Shown here: positions 38,168-52,469 of the stretch, one piece after another
How the letters are laid out: the number at the start of each line of letters is the position of its first letter
Numbering within the stretch: the first letter of the stretch is position 1
Assembly (NCBI GenBank): GCA_951406725.2
Contig: OX597816.1
Location: 161,944,001-162,008,000, forward strand
DNA length: 64,000 bases
Direction: 5' to 3'
DNA from: Octopus vulgaris
Taxonomy: Eukaryota
Notes under the pieces: generated by a model
Database searches by the model: none
The model's input: the letters and a program-made list of their open reading frames with translations, nothing else
Told to the model about the DNA's origin: nothing
Program-made: the position numbers and the translations under genes

Positions 38168-38994
38168 AATTTTAATAATAAAGGGTGAAATCAATAATAA
38201 TTTTACCAGGTAGTCAGTGCAGAAATAAAAACCTGATTGGTAAATTTTACAAAACATTTTATAATTTATATACATAATTACAACAACGGATCGGCTTTAT
38301 GCCTCACCACGCACCGTCAGAAATAGACCCTAAAGTGATTTTTACGACCATAAAATCTCCGGGAATAACACTCTTTATTGTAGGAAAGCAAAAGAAAAAT
38401 AATGAACCAATAAGGCTGATTAACTATGGATGCGTTTCGAACTTAAAGGAAAAGATAATTTTACTTACTGCTACTCTTCCCCGTAGTAATTCGTATAAGT
38501 TCACTACTATTTCAAAATATGTACGCAATCAGCGCCATCGTGTGTCCGATATCTATAAGGTTTTTATTTCCGCACTGGCTACCTGGTAAAGTTATAACTG
38601 ATTTTACCCTTTATTATTAAAATAATATTTGAATAAATGCACTCCATGATCGAAACTGCATTTACTGCGGTCTAGATTTTAACACACACGTGGATATAAA
38701 AGAAAGATATGAATTATACTCGGCAGTATATTTTTACGGGTATGGATAGATATCGGACATACGATGACGCTGGTCTCGTGCATATTTTGAAATATTCGCG
38801 AACTTATACGAAATAGTATGCTGAAGAGTACATTAAGTAAAATGATCTTCGAAACGCGTCCATAATTAATCAGCTCCTTTGATTCGTTATTTTTATTTTG
38901 CTTGCCTACAATAAAGCGTTTCGAATATTTTAAGCTAGTAAAAAAGACTTTAGCGTGTCTATTTCTTACTGTGCGTGGTGAGGCAAAAAGCCGA
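38168..38994. mobile_element. Nested inverted-repeat element(s)
   Basis: ~65-bp inverted termini 38168-38234 / 38558-38624; the interior 38291-38556 recurs inverted and diverged at 38746-38994. Confidence 0.7.
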
Positions 38995-39011
38995 CTCCAT
39001 ATTATAAATAT

Positions 39012-39405
39012 GACCGTTCGGAAATGGAGACCGATGGACTAAGTACCAGGCTTACAAAGACCAAGTCCTGGGGTCGATTTGTTCGTCTAAAGGGGTGCTC
39101 CAGCATGGCCGGAGTCAAATGAGTGAAACAAGTAAAAGAATAAAAGGCGCAGGAGTGGCTGTGTGGTAAGTAGCTTGCTAACCAACCACATGGTTCCGGG
39201 TTCAGTCCCATTGCGTGGCATCTTGGGCAAGTGTCTTCTGCTATAGCCCCGGGCCGACCAAAGCCTTGTGAGTGGATTTGGTAGACGGAAACTGAAAGAA
39301 TAAGTACTGGGCTTACAAAGAATAAGTCCCGGGGTCGATTTGCTCGACTAAAGGCGGTGCTCCAGCATGGCCGCAGTCAAACGACTGAAACAAGTAAAAG
39401 AAAAA
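39012..39405 (+). mobile_element. Two tandem SINE family D copies (3' piece, then internally deleted head+tail copy)
   Basis: Tail ending GTGAAACAAGTAAAAG at ~39140, then head GGCGCAGGAGTGGCTGTGTGGTAAG..TTGGGCAAGTGTCTTC and a second tail ending ~39400. Confidence 0.85.
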
Positions 39406-39429
39406 AAAGAAAAAGAAAAAATATATATA

Positions 39430-39460
<31 letters not shown>

Positions 39461-39719
39461 ACCATTTATTCTTTCCAGCCATACGACTGCAGTCATGCTG
39501 GTGTACTAACGTAATTTTGTACTTTTACTCATTCTCCTTCAGCTAATTTCCTCAGGATGGTGGAATTTCACATGACTCACGCACACACGCAAACACACGC
39601 ACACATACACACGTTTATGTGTATGTGTGTGTATGTGTTTATTTGCACAGATATGCAGCTTGTAGATGTAATGTTCGTATCCATGCAGGTGATTCTACTA
39701 CTTTTTCTGTCTTTCCTTA

Positions 39720-40115
39720 GGAGTGGCTTTGTGGTTCCGGGTTCATTCCCACTGCGGGGCAGCTTCGGCAAATGTCTTGTACTATAGCCGCAGGCCGACA
39801 AAATCCTTGTGAGTGGATTTGTTAGACAGAAACTAAAATAAGCCCGTCGTATACACACACGCACACACACACACATATGTATGTATGTATGCATGTATGT
39901 GTGCGTGTGTGTATGTATGTATGTATGTATGTATGTATGTATGTGTGTATTGATGTTTTTGTGTTTTCCCTTACCATCGATTGACAACCGACGGTTCGGA
40001 AATAGTGACCGATAGAATAAGTACCAGACTTACAAAGACTAAGTCCTGGGGTCGATTTGTTCGACTAAAGGGGTGATCCAGCATAGGCGCAGTCAAATGA
40101 CTGAAACAAGAAAAA

Positions 40116-40117
<2 letters not shown>
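39720..40117 (+). mobile_element. SINE family D with internal (CA)/(TATG) microsatellite
   Basis: Head..AAGCCCGTCGTATA, microsatellite, CCATCGATTGACAACCGA..GCAGTCAAATGACTGAAACAAG. Confidence 0.8.
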
Positions 40118-40151
<34 letters not shown>

Positions 40152-40155
40152 CGCT

Positions 40156-40192
<37 letters not shown>

Positions 40193-40849
40193 GCTTATAA
40201 ATATATTAATGCTCAAATTTGATTTCTATTACAAATATTTTGCAAATAAATGTTGTTCGTGTGTACGTGTGTAAACACCTGCACACACATATATAGGCAT
40301 ACAACCTATTTCATATCTGCATATATATATATATATGACTATAAATAATTATTTCGATTATATTTTATATAACCAAGGTGTTAGCACCTGTTTATTTTTT
40401 AAAGATGCCTGCTGTTATTGCCGCTCTTGCAGTCAGACACGTTTGCTTTATTTTATTTCGCTATATTTTGTCGTGTTGTAAAAGGTTAACTACCGTAAAA
40501 TTGGAAGAAAAATCGAATATATAGCTACAGGCCGAAAAATGCTTAATCCTATTAAATTGTTTTCAACTTATTGTAAAGGTTATGAGTAGCAGAAATTCAA
40601 TAAACTCCACTAAAGATTTCGCCTAGAGAAGCATTGTCTTCCATATTTGTTTTTGTTTGCGGAGTTTTTGTTTTATACCTCAATTGTTTTACGAATTTCC
40701 GATCTACAACTGTTACAGACATATATAGCCAAATACATAAATATTATGTGTATGTGTATGTGTTTGTGAGTGTATTTATGTGTTTGTATATATATATATA
40801 TATGTATGTATATGTATATTTGCTTGTGTGTATATATATATATATACAC

Positions 40850-40899
<50 letters not shown>

Positions 40900-41039
40900 A
40901 TACATACATATACAAACATAATTTAATATATATGTATACTCATAAAAGCGAACACGCGCCCGCACATATAAACATACACGTTTACAAGTAGGTATGTATA
41001 TATATATATACATATATGATATCTATATATTTATGTATA

Positions 41040-41150
<111 letters not shown>

Positions 41151-41974
41151 GTGTATATGTATACATATGCAATATCTATTCATACATATATATATATGTG
41201 TGTGTATATATATATATATGCATACATATATACATGTGTATATATATCTGTATAGAGATGCACGCATTCATATTTACGTATATGTATTTATATTCAAAAA
41301 TATATAATTGAAATATATAAACACGTTACAGATCTAAACATTTGAAATTTATTATAATACAATTTCGGAAGAAATTCAATATTTTCACATAAAAAATATA
41401 TTAGTATTGATTTTTTAAAAGAAAATCTCAAAATATTAATGTTTGTTTCTCCAGCTTATAAACCGTTAACAATATAACTGTTAGGCCATGTTTAATATTA
41501 TTTCTAGCAAATCAGCAAATAAGGCTTACATCAATTTCTAAATTTAGAATCGCGTCCATGCTACTGTTTTTTTTTCTTTTTGTGATTCATGTTAGGTTAC
41601 TGCACATGTGTAGTAGATGCGGTGTTGCTGTGCGCTTGTGTGTACCTGTATTTGTGTGTTGCATGCACTATTTAGGTTTTAACATATACTAATATAATAT
41701 AATATATAATATATTGTATTATATATATATGTATATATCTATGTGCATATATTTGTGGGTATCTCTCTCTCTATATGTATGTATGTATATGAATATCTAT
41801 CTATTTATCTCTCTCTGTATATATATATATACTTAACGGTCTGACAAGGAAGGACAAGTACCTGTATCTCAAAAATTATTACTAGGGTAATTTGTTCAAG
41901 GAAACCCATGAAGTCGGTGTCCAGCATGGGCGCAGCCCAATAGTTGAAACAAGCACATAGTAATACGCACGCAG

Positions 41975-42007
<33 letters not shown>

Positions 42008-42100
42008 ATTGTGTGTGTGTGTATATATATATTTGACAAAACGAGTAGAGATGGCTTTTGGTGTGGAGGATGATTTTTATTTTAATCTTAATAATTATGT

Positions 42101-42262
42101 TTATAGGGAGTATACCGTTTCCAATTGTTCTTTTATATAAATGGTGAATTGTTCATTAAATATTTTTGTTAGTTGGGAATAGCGTTTGACCTCTAAAAAG
42201 CCCATACCGAGTGTCGCATAGCTGGGGCTACTTTTGTCCCCATCGCCGTTCCTTTTATTTGT
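42101..42262 (-). pseudogene. Inverted partial copy of Penelope-like RT segment
   Basis: Minus strand AAATAAAAGGAACGGCGATGGGGACAAAAGTAGCCCCAG..YATLGMGFLEVKRYSQ parallels plus-strand 42876-43015. Confidence 0.75.
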
Positions 42263-42339
42263 GGATGAAGAAGTGATTATTTTCCACTCAATGACCATCA
42301 CTTCTACAAGAAGGATAAGTCGAGAATAAAAATACCATA

Positions 42340-43020
42340 TGAAAGATACATAGACTGGTCTCAAAATATCGTAATAACCTAACTGAGAATGAAGGTAATT
42401 ATCTAACCAACTTCAAAGTAAAAACCAGTAATTTCTACGGTTTACCCAACATCCGTAAATCATAAGAAATCCAAAATAACATAAAAGGAGACAATTCAAC
42501 ATAGGTCGCAATTCCGAAATCATGAGACCTGAAACTACGTCCAATGATTGCAGGACCAGCATCAAGTATACAACGCTTAAGCAAGTTAATTGATATAGTT
42601 CTAAAATATTTGTGCAAATGATACCAAGCTTTTTCCGGGCTGATATGAACTTCTTAAACTACATACATAAAAGTGTTCAGCGGGAGACAATTCTTGTTAC
42701 TTTTGATGTAACTAGTCTATTCATCAATATTCCACACGATCTAAGAGCTGGAGCTATAAATTTCTGGTTAAAAAGACACCCGAATCATATGGAAATATTC
42801 TTAAAAACCTTCATTTTAGAAGGATTGAAATTAATACTGGAAAATAAACATTTCTTAGATAAAAAATCTGCTTACAAATAAAAGGAACCGCGATGGCGAC
42901 AAAAGTAGCCCCCATTTATGCAACACTCGTAATGGGCTTGTTAGAGGTCAAACTCTATTCCCAACAAACAGAGACATTTAACGAAGAATTCTCCATTTGT
43001 ATGAAAATAATTGCAAACGG
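42340..43020 (+). pseudogene. Penelope-like reverse transcriptase remnant
   Basis: Across frameshifts: TSNFYGLPNIRKS, LRPMIAGP, LSKLIDIVL, ILVTFDVTSLFINIPH, LILENKHF, QIKGTAMATKVAPIYATLVMG (PLE FYGLPKIHK, FDVxSLYTNIP and QxxGxAMG motifs). Confidence 0.9.
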
Positions 43021-43148
43021 CATGCTCACCGATGAAGATTAAAATAAAAATTATCCCTCCAAAACGCCATTTCTGCTCATTTTTTCAAACATGTATAATA
43101 CTGTACCAAGAACTTTCTTTTATTATTCTAAGATACGCGCGCACGCAC

Positions 43149-43181
<33 letters not shown>

Positions 43182-43182
43182 A

Positions 43183-43223
<41 letters not shown>

Positions 43224-44747
43224 AATGCATACATAACACACACATATATATATACACATACAAATGTAATATATGTATATGTGTGTGTGCGCTTGTGTGT
43301 GTGACCGTGTGTGTGATATAATTGCAGCCCACAAAGTCATCAAGGAAAATCCTTGTCATCAGACCTGCGAAGCTAAGAAGAGCTTACTGTCCTCTATGAA
43401 TTCTAAGCCACTATCGGATTAGTTTACGAGAATCATGACAAAATCATCCGAACGTAAGTCAGAAAGAGGCTGTTAAGGTAATTTTCTGAGCATGATTTGC
43501 TCAACAACCATTTACTGCCTGTCACACCTTAGTGCCATATTAAATACCTTATTATTTCAATGTACACTAACACGTTGAGATTGCAGGATCGCCAGAAAAG
43601 CGGACAGAATGCGTATCGGTATTTTTTTTTTACTCTGAACGTGCTGAATTGAAATGCCATATCGGTTGGCTTTGTTTTTCATCATCCGGGGTGTTGATAA
43701 AATAAGTGGCAGTTTAACACCAGAGTCGTAGTAATCGACTGACGACCTCCCCACAAAATTTCAAGCCTTGTAATTATAGTAGAAAGACAAAAGATAAATA
43801 AACTGGCAAAATCGTTACCTCACCGGATCAAATGCTTAACGGTATTTCTCCTGCAATTTACGTTCTTAGTTTAAATGCTGTGTATCCTTTCAGGGTCGAT
43901 ATAATAAGTACCTACTGAATATTGAGGTCCATATAATCGACCTTCTCACTCTTCTCACCCTTGCTCTTATTCTAGAATTAGAAAAGTTTATTTCAAGGCT
44001 CACTCGATTCTTGATTTTTATGTGACTTCCATGAGTTCATCCCAGCGCAGTTTTGGGACATCTCAGTAACCCACAAGCTTCATATGAAGAAAGGACATTT
44101 TCAGAGGGTGTCATTTCTCAATAGGTAGGAAATTCTTGTTCAAATAATGCTGAATCAGTCAGTTGTTCATCTTCCACGAAGGCTTCTATTTGAGAGGCGG
44201 AGAAAGTCACGACACAATAGATATATTGTTTGGGTCATTTGCATAGGATTTCGTTGCCCCTCATTTAACCTTGTATAACATCAACATGTTTTCGTTGATG
44301 AAATCTATTTTTATACATAATAATTATATTAAAATCACACAATGATAACATTGATTAATATAAATGACTAATTGGACGACCATGAAAAACAACAAAATAC
44401 TAAGGGCAATAGTTGAAAGAGCAAAACTATTTCAATTAATTAGAATTTAACGACAATAATAAATGAAGGCGTGAGGCCAAGTGTTTAGGGAGTTGTACTA
44501 CATATCGTAAAATCATGGTTTCGATTTCCTGATCAGGCAGTGCGTTGTATTCTTGAGCAAAACACTTCATTTCCTGTTATTCCTGTCAATTTAGTTGTAA
44601 ATGAGTAACACTGCGGTAGACTGGCGACCCGTTCAGGAGAATGTGATCTCGTCACTTATATGTACGGAAACCTGTAGCCGGTCCTATGACTTCTAACACT
44701 CGAGGCAGAAATCTCCATGGGTTGATGAGGATGAATGACAATGCCGT

Positions 44748-45047
44748 GTGGAGGAACATGGCCTAGTGGTTAGAGCAGCGGACTCGCGGTCGACGGATCG
44801 CGGGTTCGAATCTCAGACTGGGAGATGTGTGTGTTTATGAGCAAAACACATAAGCTCCACGCGGCTCCGGCAGAAGGTAATGGCGAACTTCTGCTGACTC
44901 TTTCGCCTCAACTTTCTCTCACTCTTTCCTCCTGCATCTTGCAGCTCACCTGCGACGGACCGGCGTCCCGTCCAGGTGGGGAACCTATACGCCAAGGAAA
45001 CCGGGAAACCGGCCCTTATGAGCCAGGCGTCGCTCGAGAAGGAACAA
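44748..45047 (+). mobile_element. SINE family B head with alternative tail
   Basis: TGGCCTAGTGGTTAGAGCAGCGGACTCGCGGTCG..GGGTTCGAATC; ATGACAATGCC at ~44735 and ~45048 suggests a TSD. Confidence 0.82.
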
Positions 45048-45202
45048 ATGACAATGCCACAACTTACGCCAAAAAATCAAAAAAAAAAATCAAAATCAAA
45101 CAGTTACTGTCAATTAATCTTAGATTAGCTTGCAACGATTGATGAAACCTAGGATTATAGTAATATAAGATTATGGTAATCTCATCCTTAACAAGAACTA
45201 GA

Positions 45203-45239
<37 letters not shown>

Positions 45240-45642
45240 TATATCTTCTTGATATATATAACTACTATATCAAGAACTAGATTATCCTTTGTCTTCAAGA
45301 TGTTAGTGTGGTAATTGAAGAAAATATAGTTACTATTTCTGTCAGGTCTTGGGCACAACGTACAGAAGTCATTCTAAGCTGTCGTCTATCAACAAGTAAC
45401 AAGTATTTTAAAACTATAAATGGTGGCCAAAGAATTATACCTGAGGCAACAATTCATAATTCAACTGTCGTAATAATATAACTGTTTTTACACTACGAAA
45501 CAGTGGGAGTGATTAAGACTTTGCATGAATCTCCATCGAAAATGGAACAAACATATTACTTACTGACGTAAACTAACGTCATATTGTTGGAAACTGCTTT
45601 TTCAATTACATGAGGGGAAATAATCATTTCCAAGTTTATCCC

Positions 45643-45681
<39 letters not shown>

Positions 45682-45751
45682 ACACACATATTTATATATA
45701 TATACTCTCTGACCAGCTATAACAACCAACCTTCTAAATATGTATATATAT

Positions 45752-45800
<49 letters not shown>

Positions 45801-46006
45801 CACATACATACATATATATAAATACGCGCGCACACACACACACATATATAAATAAATGTTTATATATGTATATATATATGTGTATGTATCTATCAATTCA
45901 TCTCTCTCCATCTCACTCTTTCTATGTCTCTCTCTCACTTTCTCTCTCTTCCCCTGTCTGTCTCTATTTCTCTCTCTCCCCTCTCCCTCTCTCTGTCTCT
46001 CTCCCC

Positions 46007-46088
<82 letters not shown>

Positions 46089-46874
46089 TTAATAGTAATG
46101 TGTGCATATCTCTATATATGCACACAGTATTAAAGCTGCAAAAACATCGCAAAAATATCACAAAAGACTGCTACTCAGAGTTTCGTGTTTTCGTTCGTGG
46201 GACAGCTGTGATTAAGAATGGGACAAGAATTAAGGTTATATGTATAAATATATTGTACAATTTACATTGACAGATACACATTTGAATTTGGTTTTATTTC
46301 ATTGGTCATTTTATCTAATGGTTTGATGTTTTTCTTTTTCAAGAAACGGTAATGTAAAATTAGATATCGTATTGTGTTAAGTCGAAGAAAACCTTAAATC
46401 TAAAATAAATTTATTTAGAAGGAAATACGTACATGCCCTGAGTAAATTGATTAATGTTAAAATAAGTTTAATTAAAATGTGTGTCTATTTATAATAAAAT
46501 ACTCACTTACAGAAAATCTAAAAGCATAAAAATATGGATAGGCACACGTTATTCACAAACAAACGTATACAGGTATCAATTTAAACGCGCGCACACGACC
46601 AACATACATACATATGTACTCTAACACGTACAAACGCTGATACATTCATACATACATGATTAGCCTACATTTAAGGTTTCTACTAAAATTAGCTTTGTGG
46701 TACTTGATGGTAATACTTAACAATCTAGTTAGTTATATAGGAAGGCGCATATCATCCATATCTTCAGACGAGGCAGCGTTTCAATATGCCGCCCCATATA
46801 ATAATAATGCATTAAGAGACAGTTGATTCTCGGAGATGATCCACTATAGACAAAACACAGCTAACAATAATAGC

Positions 46875-47365
46875 ACACGTAGAACTAGGAAAGATTTGTG
46901 GATTAATCCGACATTTAATATTAGCGTCAAAACCAATATAGGTAGAGAATTCTTAAAACTAGTTTCTAAGCACTTTCAAACAAACCATGTTCTATAGAAT
47001 TTTTAATAAGATAACGCTGAAGGTTAGTTATTCTTGTTGCAAGAGTTTCGCCTCTTTAATTAACCAGAACAATGCGAAAGCCATTACAAGTAACACATGC
47101 CGGAAATAATGAGAAGAATTGTAATTGTAAAGAAGAAAGTTGCTGTCCGTTAGGAGGAAATTGTCTAAAGAAAAGAGTAGTATATAGAGCTAAGGTGAAA
47201 ATAAGAGGGCTCACAATATAAGACATATACAGGAGCCTCGGAAATTTCCTTCAAGACTAGATTATATTCCCTTCGAAAGTCATTTCGACACCCTAAAAAT
47301 AGGACAGCAACGAGCCACGCTAAACATGTCTGGTAATTGAAAAAAAATGATACCCGTCCTTTCAA
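46875..47365 (+). pseudogene. Penelope-like C-terminal region (linker plus GIY-YIG) remnant
   Basis: RTRKDLWINPTFNISVKTNIGREFLKLVSKHF..IFNKITLKVSYSC..CNCKEESCCPLGGNCL..VVYRAKV..YTGASEISFKTR..HVW. Confidence 0.85.
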
Positions 47366-47669
47366 AATCAGCTCGACATGTGTTCTTAGGCAAGATGCTC
47401 CAGTTCACTCAGCTGCAAAAATGAGCTTTACTTGTATTTCTGTGTTACTCTGAATCTACCCGAGGATTACGATAAGGTGAAGCGTGTCTGTAGCGTGCCT
47501 GCTCCCCCTCTTGCACGTTAATTTGACAAGCAGGCTCTTTCCTAGAGTTTATGATTGGTCTCAGTTTGTTGATTAGGAGGTCGTCTATGATTCTAAGATT
47601 GTCTCTGATGCGTTGAGTGGCCCTGATGGGCACCTTGAAATCCTGGGCCTGGCACTTCTTTCATCGTCG

Positions 47670-48050
47670 TGACACTCCGTCGGTTACGACGACGAGGGTT
47701 CCAGTTGATTTGATCAACGGAACAGCTTGCTCGTGAAATTAACGTGCAAGTGGCTGAGCACTCCACATACACGTGCACCCTTAATGTAATTCTCAGGGAG
47801 ATTCAGCATAATACAGAGTGTGACAAGGCTGGCCCTTTGAAATACAAGTGTAACAGAAACAGGAAGAAAGAGTAAGAGAAAGTTGTGGTGAAAGAGTACA
47901 GCAGGGTTCACCACCACTCCCTGCCGGAGCCACGTGTAGCTTTAGGTGTTTTCACTCAATATACACTCACAACGCCCGGTCTGGAAATCGAAACCACGAT
48001 CCTACGATCGCGAGTCCGCTGCCCTAACCACTGGGCCATTGCGCCTCCAC
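47670..48050 (-). mobile_element. SINE family B, full length
   Basis: Minus strand GTGGAGGCGCAATGGCCCAGTGGTTAGGGCAGCGGACTCGCG through CCCTCGTCGTCGTAACCGACGGAGTG, the same tail as 150-440. Confidence 0.87.
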
Positions 48051-48541
48051 GGAACTTCTTTAGTTGTCTTTTGATTGAAGTCTGTGCAATTTCCTGGCGG
48101 TGCTCCCAATGTAAGATGCTCCGCATTTATTGAGGTGTACCTCATTTATCATATAGGCCCACGAGCACATTTTGAAGTCGTTGATGGGGAAATTGGATAG
48201 TATGCACTCCGAGATGCTAGCTGTAGTGTTATTTCTAGATAGAAAGGCATTGAATCGACTGACTTGATGGCTACAGTGTTATCAGGAATAGATTTATGTT
48301 GGCTCTTGAAATATGAAAGTCGAAGAAAACCTCGGTAGGATTAGAACTCGAATTATGAAATAGCCACAGATTATTTAGGCCATGAATCGATAGATTCTGG
48401 TGAATAATAAAAAATAATGTGCTGGTAAAAAAAAAATAATAATAGGAGAAATGAAATCAAATATACAAAAACTGTTTATTACTACAACCGAGATACTCTG
48501 TTGAATTTTGTGATTCCACCTAGTGCAGAGAAATAGAAAAA

Positions 48542-48594
<53 letters not shown>

Positions 48595-48869
48595 CAAGTA
48601 TGAATATAGAGACGCAAATGTACGTAGACAAACACACACGCATACACATACACACATTCATACACATACTCACTAATTTACTGACACGCACACATACACA
48701 AACGCACACTTACACACGCACGCGCAGGCGCGTAGAAAGTGTCACAGATTATGACACTGAAGCAGCGAGCTGTGTTTCGTACATGAAGTCTGCTTTTATG
48801 ATATATGAACTATGTTATTGGTTTCCAGTACTTGCCGCAGGCAATAAATAAATATGTGTACGTGTGTGG

Positions 48870-48912
<43 letters not shown>

Positions 48913-49154
48913 TAAATGAAAGAAAAGCGAGGAAGAGTGACAGGAGAAAAAGAGAGGGTGGGAGAAAGGAAGATATAGAAGACGGTTACACAGATTCCCA
49001 AACATATTGTTTCATTGTCTGATCTGTAATAAATAATGATAGCTAGAATCGTGACTTGTTGTTAAGTCTCCTTCATCAGACTGTCTACTTATGATGAATA
49101 TATATATATATATATGCGTGTATACATACATACATACATACATACATACATACA

Positions 49155-49186
<32 letters not shown>

Positions 49187-49216
49187 CATACATATATGTA
49201 TGTATCTCTATCTATC

Positions 49217-49314
<98 letters not shown>

Positions 49315-49520
49315 TCTCTAACTACGCTTTTACTCTTTTACTGATTTATTCTTTTTTTTGTTTCAGTCATTTGACTGCGGCCTTGCTGGAGCATCGCCTG
49401 GAGCACCACTTATTCTTTGTAAGCTTAGTACTTCTTTTATTGGTTTCTTTTGTTACGAGGACGTAAATGTACCAACAAGCGATAGTGGGCGGGGGAGAGA
49501 TAAACACAGACACTAACATG

Positions 49521-49557
<37 letters not shown>

Positions 49558-49560
<3 letters not shown>

Positions 49561-49786
49561 CGCCATACTAATACAATTGTTTGTTTGTACTCCACCTGCC
49601 TTCGACTTTTGTTTATTTTCATAAAGCTTCCCGTTATATATATATATATGTACTTTCTGTTGAAGAGCGTAGGCTCGAAACGTAATAGACTTTCCCACTT
49701 CCCGAGCATTAAACTGATACATCTGTTTACTGTTTACACATTCGTCTTCGTGTTTTGCTTTGTTCGTTTTTTTTTGTAAATTCCAG

Positions 49787-49790
<4 letters not shown>
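49558..49790 (+). mobile_element. Two adjacent HHR mini-element pieces separated by (TA)n
   Basis: 49558-49634 is the reverse complement of 7831-7908. 49653-49689 reads CTTT-CTGTTGAA-GAGC(GTAG)GCTC-GAAAC-GTA, followed by CCCGAGCATTAAACTGATAC. Confidence 0.78.
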
Positions 49791-49846
<56 letters not shown>

Positions 49847-49854
49847 GACAGACT

Positions 49855-49990
49855 TCTTTTTTTCCCACTAACAAATCCATTCACATGGCTTTGGTCGGCC
49901 CGAGGCTACGGTACAAGACATTTGCCCAAGGTGCCATGTAGTGGGACTGAATCCGGTAGCATGTGGTTGGGAAGCAAGCCTTTTACCACA
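49855..49990 (-). mobile_element. SINE family D, 5' half (3' half at ~49355-49520)
   Basis: Minus strand GCTTCCCAACCACATG..TTCAGTCCCACTACATGGCACCTTGGGCAAATGTCTT; the HHR mini-elements sit inside its internal microsatellite. Confidence 0.7.
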
Positions 49991-50407
49991 CATCCATACA
50001 CGAAATTATCTTGTGTCATACAGACACACACATACACGCATACTATTTTATTAGAGCTGAAAACATTTTCCAAAACTGTTACTCAAAGCTTCAGATGTCC
50101 GTTCATCAGACATTTAAACAACTCTCTGATAAACGGTCACATAAAACTTCAACAGTTTGTGAAGAATTTTTCAAGTTTAAGAAAATGGAACAATACTCAC
50201 TCTGCCTTTGGCATTCGAGTACTATTTTTCTCACCTTCTTTTGCACCTTTGTGCTTATTTGTGTGTGTGTGTATGTGTGTGTGTATGTGTGTTTCTGAGA
50301 AGACGTGCGCCCTACTGCTCGGGGTGTTGCACTCATGATCGCAAGACTGGTTCCAATTCCCCAACCCGGCCGATGAGGTCTTAGGCAGACAAACAGAAGC
50401 ATGCACG

Positions 50408-50544
<137 letters not shown>

Positions 50545-50666
50545 ATGTATGTCTGTATGTCTGTCTATCTATCATTTTGCCTTTACTAGTTAAAATGTGT
50601 CACAAACATATTCTAACTAACCTAAAGTTCGTTTATTCCATATCATCGCTGCTAGGCGTCCATGAT

Positions 50667-50752
<86 letters not shown>

Positions 50753-50814
50753 TATATGTTTATATATACACGCACACTCACACATATTTATATACATACA
50801 TACATACATACTTC

Positions 50815-50968
50815 CTTTACTACTGGACTTTCCTTTGTCTCCTTTTTCCCAAGAAGAGCTTTACTCCAAACGTAAAAGTACCTTTCTTTCCTTCCCTGAG
50901 CGTCTGCTAATACTTTACATGTACCACGTCCTCGCGTTGTTGTTTTTTTGTGTTCGTATATTTGGATT

Positions 50969-50972
<4 letters not shown>
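50815..50972 (+). mobile_element. Decayed HHR mini-element (second subfamily)
   Basis: CCTGAGCGTCTGCTAATAC..CCACGTCCTCGCGTTGTTG matches 21977-22023; core decayed to CCAAGAAGAGCTTTACTCCAAACGTA. Confidence 0.65.
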
Positions 50973-51009
<37 letters not shown>

Positions 51010-51581
51010 CTCACATATATATATATATATATACATACGCATATATATATAATATAAATAATATATATATGCATATATACATACGTATATGTACATACTT
51101 ACATCTATACGTATATATCTATATCTATATCCATCTCTCTCTCTATATATATATATATATCTATATCTATCTATATCTATATCTATCTATATATATATGC
51201 ATATGTGGTCACAGGACGTCACGAAACGTGTACAACGGAAAATACGATGCACGAGTCCATGGAACATGAACTATTCTTTTGAACAATGAAAGACAAAAAT
51301 GGAAAACAAACAACATAAAGAACGACCCTTCATCAGTTGTTGGCTGTTTTTCTACTCTCGTATTTCGAGCATGTAACAACAATATTCGCTTTCGATAAAA
51401 CAGTTTCTCTCGCAAAGCAAATTAAATAAAATTTGGGATTTTGCGGTCAAAATTGGTAGCACAAAACGGACAGTTAAAACAAACAGGAAGGGTTGCTATG
51501 CCTAAACGAGGTTGTGGTGGCTTGGACTGGAGAGAAACAAAAACACGTCTTTCTTGTTCCTGCTACAACGGAGAGAAAGAA

Positions 51582-51703
<122 letters not shown>

Positions 51704-52469
51704 TATATATTCTGTTTAGAACGTAATAAAGTACATTATAAAGCTCGTCCAGCTTCAGATTTCCCCTTGTGCTAGCCAATAGTAGTATTATAAGTACTTT
51801 CAGATTTGGGTTTGGGCTTCTGTCGTGTGTAAATAAATAATTGAAAAAATTTGGATTCAACAAGCTGTACGGTTGGATATTTATTTTCGATCATTACAAT
51901 ATTTTCCACGCAATGCAGTTCTCTCTGAAAGTAGGTACTTCTTTATGCAACCATTTCTCCTTCATTATGACACCTAGTTGTGTTTCCTCAGGCGATTTGT
52001 AAATATTGTCTCCATAAATTCAAATTCTCGGCTTCGAGAGCATCCTCTCTGTATGTCGTGGCCTGGAGTTAGTAGTAACCACTGAAGTTATCAAAGGTGT
52101 ATTGTTGCTGAAGGACCGTCGTATCTTCAGCAAGTATACAGTGAAAGTATCGTACGCCACATCCAACAACATGGAGTACTGCATATACAAATACAACAAT
52201 AAAAAATGTACAAGCAAACAACGATTATAAAGAACAAACAAAACAAAAAACTCAAGGTTTAAGAACATAACAAAAATAAATACAGTAGGGATCACAAAAA
52301 CGTGGATAGCGACCACGGTAATTATAACAGGATCCAAACAAAAATTCAAAATGAATCAGCAAAACAGGCAATAACATTAAGAACACTTTAGACACTGCTA
52401 ATCAACAGCAACATCACAAAAACAATTACTAAAATTCACCAAATAACTACAAAAATAACAATAGTGTAT

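Noticed and set aside
47520-47660. GIY-YIG C-terminus-like peptide DNLRIIDDLLINKLRPIINSRKE on the minus strand
   Set aside because: Plausibly PLE-derived but too short to call.
48915-49095. Hammerhead with long stem II on the minus strand (CTGATGA..GAAAC)
   Set aside because: Core words are present in a TA-flanked segment, but stems I and II do not close convincingly; at best a decayed relic.
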